Below are positions 17,199 through 24,062 of a DNA stretch of 50,990 bases, one piece after another. Every line of letters starts with the position of its first letter. The first letter of the stretch is position 1. The DNA is taken from positions 1 to 50,990 of the forward strand of contig CAYXVB010000002.1 in the NCBI GenBank assembly GCA_964467785.1, given 5' to 3'. The position numbers and the translations under genes were made by a program. The stretch is from an uncultured Bacteriovoracaceae bacterium (GTDB lineage: Bacteria; Bdellovibrionota; UBA1018). The notes under the pieces were generated by a model. It was not told where the DNA came from, made no database searches, and saw only the letters and a program-made list of their open reading frames with translations.

Positions 17199-18407
17199 TC
17201 ACGGCAACCAGACCCATCCCATGCGGTTTTTAAGCAGCATGTACTTTTCCAAGATACGCTTTCCGATGTTAAAGAAAACATTGGGCAACATCAGCTCAAA
17301 GCGCCTGGGCTTGAACAAGTGGTCCGTGAGGATCCAAACCTCTTTCTGGCCGGCGTCCATGATGCAGATACCCGGGATTTTGCCAAAAGCCATCGATCTG
17401 TATTTCGTGCCGCCGCTGATCTTCTCGGCGATGTTGTGCGCGACGATCTTGCCTTGAACGTCGCTCGGAAAACCCGTCTTCGGAACCCCAAACGGAACCG
17501 CGCAGCCCTTGAACGGCGCCTTGACCTGCACGGAGAGCCCGGCGGCGTAGACGTTGTCGAATCGGCTAGACTGATAGGTTTCCTCGCAGGGCACGAATCC
17601 TTTTCCGTCCACGAGCTCCGACGATGCCTTCATGACCTCGGCCCCCTCGAACGGAGGTATCAGCATCGACATCTTGAACGGCAGCTCTTCGCCACCCGCG
17701 AGACGGATCTTTCCGGCTTCGATCCGGTCGATGCTCGAGTTCACTCGAAAGCGCATGTCGAACATCTTCATAAACACGTTCAACATCGTCTCTCCGCCCG
17801 TGATTCCGCCGATCCCGAAATGCCCGAGCTCCGGCTCCGGCGTGATCCAAGTGATCGGCACTTTTTTGCGCACACCCCGCAAGCGAAGCTCCTTCTCGAG
17901 ATTGAAAAGAAACTCGTAGGCCGCGCCCATGCAGCTCGCGCCTTGCGTCGCGCCGACCACCACCGGACCCGGGTCCCGCACCAGGCGCTCAAACGCGCTC
18001 CGGCACTTCAAAGCCATTTCCGGGGTCACGATACCTTCCACGTGCTCCATTCCGGGAACCGTCAAAAGGTCGAGGCTCACGCCGCTTGCGACGACGAGGT
18101 AATCATAAGGAATCTTGTCGCCCTTTGCCGTGCTGACTTCCCGCGCGTTCGGGTCCACGCGGGTCGCCCGATCTTCGACGAACCGGATCCCATGCCGCGA
18201 GAGCACCGGGCTGATCGGAAACGAGATCTGATCGATCTCCCTGCGGCCAAAGGGAACCCAGATCAGCGAGGGCACATAGAGAAATCGATCCCGGGGCGCG
18301 ACTACCCGGATCTCATGCGCGATCCCTTTGCGCCTGAGGTTTCGCGCGAGCGAAACCGCCGCCGTTGTTCCCGCAAAGTTAGCGCCCAGCACGACGATCT
18401 TGTTCAT
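17199..18407 (-). CDS. FAD-dependent pyridine nucleotide-disulfide oxidoreductase, sulfide:quinone oxidoreductase-like
   Basis: ATG 18407 gives MNKIVVLGANFAGTTAA, a Rossmann GxGxxG-type fold. Size and layout are SQR/NDH-2-like, with FVPCEETYQS and YAAG near the C-terminus. The track N-terminal extension is Arg/Gly-rich junk. Confidence 0.65.
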   Translation of the reverse strand: MNKIVVLGANFAGTTAAVSLARNLRRKGIAHEIRVVAPRDRFLYVPSLIWVPFGRREIDQISFPISPVLSRHGIRFVEDRATRVDPNAREVSTAKGDKIPYDYLVVASGVSLDLLTVPGMEHVEGIVTPEMALKCRSAFERLVRDPGPVVVGATQGASCMGAAYEFLFNLEKELRLRGVRKKVPITWITPEPELGHFGIGGITGGETMLNVFMKMFDMRFRVNSSIDRIEAGKIRLAGGEELPFKMSMLIPPFEGAEVMKASSELVDGKGFVPCEETYQSSRFDNVYAAGLSVQVKAPFKGCAVPFGVPKTGFPSDVQGKIVAHNIAEKISGGTKYRSMAFGKIPGICIMDAGQKEVWILTDHLFKPRRFELMLPNVFFNIGKRILEKYMLLKNRMGWVWLP

Positions 18408-18579
18408 GCCTTGATTATAAGGCCTGGAATTCGTCACTGGCCAGCCCCTTCCCGCGCGGCCCGACCGACAATAACCTGACGGGCCCCTGCCCGCGCGCCC
18501 GCTTGTGGGCGAAATATTTCCCATTCCCCTTTCGGAACCCGTCCGAAATCCGAAAAGCTCTCGAAGGAGTCGAGTCCAG

Positions 18580-21009
18580 ATGCGCACTGATCAAAATCCC
18601 AGACAGACTCAAAGGCGGCTGGCCGCGATGATGTTCACGGACATCGCGGGTTACAGCCGCATGACCGAGCACAACGAGCAAGGGACGCACGAGCTTCTCA
18701 GCGAGCACAACCGTATCATCCGCGAGGTCCTGCCCGAATTCGGGGGGCGTGAGATCCGGACCATCGGCGACGCCTTCTTCATCGAGTTCCCGAGCGCGGT
18801 CGACGCGGTCGAGTGCGCCTACCGGATCCAGGCCCGCCTGCACGAGTGGAATCTGACGCTCGCCGAGGAGTCCCGCCTGCTCGTCCGCATCGGCCTGCAC
18901 CTGGGCGACATCCTGGACGCGGGCGACGACAGCTTCGGCAACGAGGTCAACGTCTCCGCCCGGCTGGAATCCCTGGCTCAACCCGGAGGGATCTGCATCA
19001 GCCAGCAGATTCTCGACCAGGTCCGCGGCAAAGTGGACTTCGAGTTTAAATCGATGGGCCTCGCCCAGCTCAAGAACATCAAGGAAGGCGTGGCGATCTG
19101 GTCGATCGCGCTACCCTGGACGAACGACCGCTCCGAAAAAACGCTCCTGCGCTGGTCCGAATGGCGCGCCCGGCTTTACGCGCTGCCGCTCAAAGGATTC
19201 CGCACGCCCGTCGTGGCGAGCCGTACGCTGATCGCGGCCTTTGTCTTCGGCCTGGCGCTGGGCTTTGCGCCGCCGATCTATCGCGGCGTGATGGAAACGG
19301 TGAACCCGGACGTTTTCCGCGCCGGAAACCGCGGCCCGGCCGGCATGCCCGCGCCTCAATCGCTCGACGAAAACGACTGGAAGATCCAGATCGACCCTCC
19401 CGCTTCGAACTGGGAGGATCTGGAACTCTCGCGTCCCGGCCGACATGTCGACCGCGTGCGCGGGGAGTACTGGCTCAAGAAGGAATTCGTCGTCAATGCC
19501 AAGTATCGCGATCCGGCTATCGTCCTCGGCGTCATTCCCGAGCGAACCCGCGTCTATCTCGACGGCCACCTGATCGGCGCCTCCGAATACCAAAACCCGG
19601 TGCCTTACTTCGTCTTCGATCCGACGCTTACCGCGGCGGGGCGAAAGCACACGCTCCTCATCAAAGCGCATTCGCGCGGCACGCTCACGCCGGGTCTCAC
19701 GATCGTCCCGCGCATCGGCGCGTACCTCGGAGACGTCTCCCAGATCGCGCCCCTGGTCCGGACCGACCTCCTGCTCTACCATCTCGTCCGCATGGCCTAC
19801 CTTTCGGTGACCGTGGTGTTCTTTTTCGGGTTCCTGATCTACCATTTGATCAATCCCTCCAGCCGAAACTTTCTCTACTACGGCATGTACGGCATGCTGG
19901 GCTCGTTGCTGCTGATCTACCATAACCGGGTGATGTCCGACTCGCTCGGGCTCCAGCTGCAGCTCGGGCTGCGAACTCTTTCGATGACGCTCGGACCGAT
20001 GGTGCTTGCCTCCGCGTATTTCGCCAGCCGGAAAAACGAAGTCGCCGAACGGCGCAATAACTGGGGCGCCCTGGTCTTCGGGTTGGTCGGCCTTCAGTGG
20101 ATGATCTTCGGCGACGGGAAGCCGATCGAATTGCAGGACCGCGCCAACGCCCTCCATCTGGTCTCGGTGGTCTACTCGCTCGCGATCTTCGGCTACCTGG
20201 GAATCAAGCTCCTCGGGGGCCGGACCACGAAGCCGGAAGGATTCCGCGCGATCGAGATCGCGACCGTCTTCTTTATCGCGGTCAACGGAGCTTTCAACGC
20301 GGTGTCGATCCGCGGCGGCCTGGCCCTGGCGCTTCCCTTTGAGACAAAAACCTTCGTGTCCCAGTTCCTGATCATCTATCCGGTGTTATTCATGGTCGCG
20401 ATGTTTGGCATCGCGCTGATCGACTACTCGATGAAGAACCGGGTGCTGCGATTCCGCAAGGACTCGGACGCGCTCAACCTGGATCTGACCCGGCTGCTGG
20501 CGCGACCCGGCGACGCCAGCTCCCAGCTCGACGAGAGCCATAACCGGATCTGCGCGTTTCTCGGCATCTCCCAGAGCACCCTCTATCTGCGCGACGGCGA
20601 CCGGCTCCGTGCTCGCCATCGCATCGCCGGTCCAAGCTCGCGCGGACGCGTCCTCGACATCGTGCCGATGGACCAGGGAGTCATCGGGTACGTCGCGCGC
20701 ACCCGTCATCCGATCCTGGCGCGCAACATCGCCCTGGACCTCCGGTTCCGCCAGATGATGCGCGAACGGCCGCGCCCCACCCCGTCCTACGCGACACCGT
20801 CCTGCATGCTCTTCCCGCTAATCTGCTTCGGAGAAGTCACCGGCGTTCTCACTTTCACCGAGAAATCGAACGCGTCCATCTTCACGCAGGAGGATTTTGA
20901 GCTCGTGCAATCCCTGCTTTCGGACATCACCTTGCTTTCGATGCTCGAAAACGCCACGGGGGGCCCCCGGTCCGTGGATCCGGAGGAGCCTCGGCTTAAG
21001 CTCGCGTAA
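18580..21009 (+). CDS. class III adenylate/guanylate cyclase (N-terminal) - periplasmic sensor - multi-TM - C-terminal GAF domain protein
   Basis: GAAGGAG lies 10 nt upstream of ATG 18580. Cyclase motifs: AAMMFTDIAGYS, RTIGDAFFIEF, GNEVNVSARLES. Next come a TM helix and a ~190-aa extracytoplasmic domain (EYWLKKEFVV...VYLDGHLIG, 7TMR-DISMED2-like), then about 7 TM helices. The C-terminal part is GAF-like (GVIGYVARTRHPILARNI...FPLICFGEVTGVLTF). Confidence 0.8.
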   Translation: MRTDQNPRQTQRRLAAMMFTDIAGYSRMTEHNEQGTHELLSEHNRIIREVLPEFGGREIRTIGDAFFIEFPSAVDAVECAYRIQARLHEWNLTLAEESRLLVRIGLHLGDILDAGDDSFGNEVNVSARLESLAQPGGICISQQILDQVRGKVDFEFKSMGLAQLKNIKEGVAIWSIALPWTNDRSEKTLLRWSEWRARLYALPLKGFRTPVVASRTLIAAFVFGLALGFAPPIYRGVMETVNPDVFRAGNRGPAGMPAPQSLDENDWKIQIDPPASNWEDLELSRPGRHVDRVRGEYWLKKEFVVNAKYRDPAIVLGVIPERTRVYLDGHLIGASEYQNPVPYFVFDPTLTAAGRKHTLLIKAHSRGTLTPGLTIVPRIGAYLGDVSQIAPLVRTDLLLYHLVRMAYLSVTVVFFFGFLIYHLINPSSRNFLYYGMYGMLGSLLLIYHNRVMSDSLGLQLQLGLRTLSMTLGPMVLASAYFASRKNEVAERRNNWGALVFGLVGLQWMIFGDGKPIELQDRANALHLVSVVYSLAIFGYLGIKLLGGRTTKPEGFRAIEIATVFFIAVNGAFNAVSIRGGLALALPFETKTFVSQFLIIYPVLFMVAMFGIALIDYSMKNRVLRFRKDSDALNLDLTRLLARPGDASSQLDESHNRICAFLGISQSTLYLRDGDRLRARHRIAGPSSRGRVLDIVPMDQGVIGYVARTRHPILARNIALDLRFRQMMRERPRPTPSYATPSCMLFPLICFGEVTGVLTFTEKSNASIFTQEDFELVQSLLSDITLLSMLENATGGPRSVDPEEPRLKLA

Positions 21010-21014
21010 ACGGG

Positions 21015-21446
21015 CTACCCACGCTTGTGGGCCAGTTTAGGATCGATAAGCCCAGCCACCTCAGCCAAGGTCACTTTATCGAGGCACTCCAAGAAGGACC
21101 TCTGCGCGCGCGCGATCACGTCCTTGAGGTTACACTCAAGCGTAATCCGGCACTGATCAGTCTCCTTGTTGAAGCACTCGACGAGATCGAAATTTGATTC
21201 GACCTCCCGAACCACTTTGCCCACGGAGATCTTGTAGGGTGAACGGGCAATCAGCAGCCCCCCGCCGCTGCCACGAATCGTCTTGAGGTACCCGAGCCGG
21301 CCCAACTGATGGGCGACCTTGACGAGATGATTTTGGGAGATTCCGTGAAACTCGGCGATCTCCTGGATCGTCGACCGCTCCTCGCCCTTACGGGCGCAGT
21401 ACATCAGCACTCGAAGCGAATAATCCGTATATCGGGTCAGTTGCAT
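21015..21446 (-). CDS. Rrf2-family transcriptional regulator (NsrR/IscR-like, three-Cys cluster-ligand pattern)
   Basis: MQLTRYTDYSLRVLMY... is followed by the wHTH STIQEIAEFHGISQNHLVKVAHQL. Three Cys residues occur in VECFNKETDQCRITLEC. Confidence 0.85.
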   Translation of the reverse strand: MQLTRYTDYSLRVLMYCARKGEERSTIQEIAEFHGISQNHLVKVAHQLGRLGYLKTIRGSGGGLLIARSPYKISVGKVVREVESNFDLVECFNKETDQCRITLECNLKDVIARAQRSFLECLDKVTLAEVAGLIDPKLAHKRG

Positions 21447-21495
21447 AGCCCTGAAATCATACTATATCAGGGCCTCCCCCCTATGAATTGAAATG

Positions 21496-21523
21496 AATCA
21501 AGTTTTTATCCCTATACTTGATT
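21496..21523. promoter_or_regulatory. candidate Rrf2 operator: perfect 8-bp inverted repeat AATCAAGT-N12-ACTTGATT
   Basis: Seen directly in the AT-rich divergent intergenic region. It overlaps a possible TTGAAA(21488-93)-N19-TATACT(21513-18) promoter facing the CXXCH lipoprotein gene. Confidence 0.4.
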
Positions 21524-21589
21524 ATTTAGATCGGATAAAATAGAATTAAAGATACCTGGGGATTACATCTTAAAAATAGAATAAACACT

Positions 21590-22045
21590 ATGCGTTACAA
21601 GGACTTAGGCAAAAAGATCGGGATCCTGACGGCCATCTGGCTTTCGGGCTGTTTGGGGAGCCCATCCAGCTCCGTTTCGGAGAATTCCTCAGTTCAAGCG
21701 GTCAGCATGGCCGACTATCCGGAGCGTTGTACGATCCGGCCGACGACCACGCCCACCCGTCCGGACCGACTCTGCGGAGTGCCCGGATATACATACCTTC
21801 TCCAGTATTACCTTCGTCCCCAATGCGGGGGCTGTCACGACAAGGACAATATCGTCCACTGGAACGGCTTTGCTGACTCCGACGTACCTACGGCCATGCG
21901 CTATGCCCGATATTACCTCGGAGAACAGCAGCTCTTTCTCCTGCGAGTCCGGGACAATCCATTCATCTCCCAAGGATGCACGATCAGCACTTCGGATCCG
22001 GTCTACAAGGACCTCCAGGAATGGCTCAGTCACCCCGACTGCTGA
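21590..22045 (+). CDS. lipoprotein with single CXXCH (c-type haem-binding) motif
   Basis: Signal and lipobox GILTAIWLSGC. The motif PQCGGCHDK is present. GC looks visibly lower than in flanking genes. Confidence 0.55.
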   Translation: MRYKDLGKKIGILTAIWLSGCLGSPSSSVSENSSVQAVSMADYPERCTIRPTTTPTRPDRLCGVPGYTYLLQYYLRPQCGGCHDKDNIVHWNGFADSDVPTAMRYARYYLGEQQLFLLRVRDNPFISQGCTISTSDPVYKDLQEWLSHPDC

Positions 22046-22429
22046 TGACTTACTCCAACAGACGTTTTCGCTCTTGCCAGCCGCTGAAATTTTGAATAGA
22101 AGCGCCTTCCCAAGCTTAGATTTTTCCCCTGCCTGCGCCTGAGTCATGACGGCCCAGCCAGGGTGGGAAGAAAGAGCTCGTTTCATCCGCACCTCTGCTC
22201 ATGCATCCCCTGGGCTCTGGCGCCGCTATAAGTTTTGAAGCGCGCCTCGGCCAGATTCATGGAAGCGGGCTCTTTCTTCCGCCAATTTCTTCTGGAAAAA
22301 GTGACCAAAACCTTTCGTCAGTGTCAATTCCCTCGCGAGCGTCACTGCTGACACACGCTCGAAATCACAGCACTTTTCCCGCATCTCTCCTCCTGCGTCG
22401 CTGGCATCCTCCTTGCGATCATCAGAGGT

Positions 22430-22981
22430 ATGCTTCGCGGAAAGAACAGACTCATCCCTCGACTGACGCTGATCGCGGCGGCCCTTACGGCCAACGTCGC
22501 GGCAGCGGGCGAGCTGGAGTCGATCTCGACACCGGATCTCTGCGGCCGCGACCGCAACTCCGCCTACCGGATGCTCGAGCGGATGAACGACGAGCTCGAC
22601 ATCGTGAGCCACGCCATGCTGGCCTATCAGATCAAATCGGAAAACAGCCAAGCCGCGCTCGATTATTGGAAAAAACGCCAAAACAGCCCAATCGAACGCA
22701 TGCTGCTCGGGCCGGACACGGACGAATCCCTCCAAGAAAAGATCGTCATCGCAGCCGCCCATAAAAAGCACGACGAAATGAAAACAACCCGTCTGGCCGA
22801 TCGCGCGCAGAGGATGCGCCAGCAACTCAGCGCCCTCGAAAAGGCCTTGAACGCGGACGAGTGTCCCTGGGCTTCCAAGAAACTCAAACACCAGATGTCC
22901 GCGGAATATCACGAAAGCGTGATGCCCGCCCCCGTCCCGCCTCCGTCGGCCGAAAGCTCGGTCGCTCAGCGCGCGCAGTGA
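22430..22981 (+). CDS. hypothetical secreted alpha-helical protein
   Basis: Signal peptide RLTLIAAALTANVAAAG. Composition is charged and helical (Lys/Glu/Gln), not antisense-like. Confidence 0.5.
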   Translation: MLRGKNRLIPRLTLIAAALTANVAAAGELESISTPDLCGRDRNSAYRMLERMNDELDIVSHAMLAYQIKSENSQAALDYWKKRQNSPIERMLLGPDTDESLQEKIVIAAAHKKHDEMKTTRLADRAQRMRQQLSALEKALNADECPWASKKLKHQMSAEYHESVMPAPVPPPSAESSVAQRAQ

Positions 22982-23970
22982 ATTCCGATCCGGCTCAGGG
23001 ACAGAGTCCGCGACGCCTCGCCCCCGACGCCCTCCGGTGCGGCCACGACCCGATCCATCCAGTCGCGCAGTTCCGCGAGAGAGCGCCCGCCGGCCCAGCT
23101 TTCGCGAAACGCTGAAAGAAGCTTTTCCATCGACATCCCCTCGGCCTGAAGCTCTGGCCAGGTCACGCCACGCGTCCGCTTTTCGAGGCGCCCTCCCTGG
23201 TCCGTCGTCACGAGCGCCGTGTGATAGACCGCGGAAAGCGCAACCGTCGCGCGGTCTCCACCCTCGCTCGCGCGGAGCCAGGACTGAATCGCGCGCTGAT
23301 GAGGGGTGGCGCTCTCGAGGTCCCAGGCCCGCACCAGCAGACGGTAACCGCCGTCCCAGTCGTCGATCGCGCAGGCCCAATGGTAAGCCGGGGCGAAGCC
23401 CGCGCTTTCGGGGCCCGAATGCGCTTCGGGGGCGCGTTCCGTTCGGGCGATGATGATGTCTTGCGCGCCGCTTGGGTCGGCCGCGCGAAATCTCCAGGCA
23501 ATCGTTGGAGCGTCGTCCCGACGTAGAGGCGCCCGCTCTCTGGCGTTCCGGCATTTGCCATTGTAAATGGCCGGCTCCCCATGCGGCGCCGAGGCCATTC
23601 CCTGCAGCGCCTCCTGCACCGTCTTGCGCGAACAGGTGCAGGGATACACGAGGCCTTCGCGGACGCCGCGCAAGAAAACCTCCCAGTGACGCTGGATGCG
23701 CTCGGACTGGGTATGAAGCTCGTCGGGGACCATGCCGAGGGCGGCGAGATCTTCGAGCTGCGACTCGCGCGCGCCGGCCAGCACCCGCGGACGGTCGATA
23801 TCCTCGAAGCGCACCACCCAGGGTTCCTCCAAAAGTCGGGCGCAAGCCCAGGAAATCCAGGCCGTGCGGAGATTTCCCAGGTGGAACCGCCCGGTCGGCG
23901 AGGGAGCGAAGCGCACTCCGCGCGACAGAGAACCTGACTGTTGCAACGACGAATGTTCCCGGGTCGTCAT
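22966..23970 (-). CDS. gluQ: glutamyl-Q tRNA(Asp) synthetase (GluQRS)
   Basis: Truncated GluRS catalytic core: RFAPSPTGRFHLGNLRTA (HIGH-type), VVRFEDIDRPR, VYPCTCSR. At 334 aa it has no anticodon-binding domain. Confidence 0.82.
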   Translation of the reverse strand: MTTREHSSLQQSGSLSRGVRFAPSPTGRFHLGNLRTAWISWACARLLEEPWVVRFEDIDRPRVLAGARESQLEDLAALGMVPDELHTQSERIQRHWEVFLRGVREGLVYPCTCSRKTVQEALQGMASAPHGEPAIYNGKCRNARERAPLRRDDAPTIAWRFRAADPSGAQDIIIARTERAPEAHSGPESAGFAPAYHWACAIDDWDGGYRLLVRAWDLESATPHQRAIQSWLRASEGGDRATVALSAVYHTALVTTDQGGRLEKRTRGVTWPELQAEGMSMEKLLSAFRESWAGGRSLAELRDWMDRVVAAPEGVGGEASRTLSLSRIGIHCAR

Positions 23971-24062
23971 AGTGCCTTCCAGCTTTACCTGAATTGGGCT
24001 GAAAACCAGGTGGAAATTAAGCGAGGTTTCGCCGGTCGCGTTTGTGCTAAAGTACGGGCGCT

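Noticed and set aside
19111-20157. 348-aa minus-strand ORF, plus the 19161-19925 plus-strand alternative-frame ORF inside the cyclase gene
   Set aside because: Both are Arg/Pro/Gly-rich with no domains. The cyclase frame shows clear TM helices and catalytic motifs.
22226-23845. 539-aa minus-strand ORF
   Set aside because: It is extremely Arg/Gly/Pro/Ala-rich. It lies out of frame over the well-supported gluQ gene and antisense to the 22430-22981 gene, which is typical of a high-GC shadow ORF. Only its last ~52 codons (the TetR-like relic) look protein-like.
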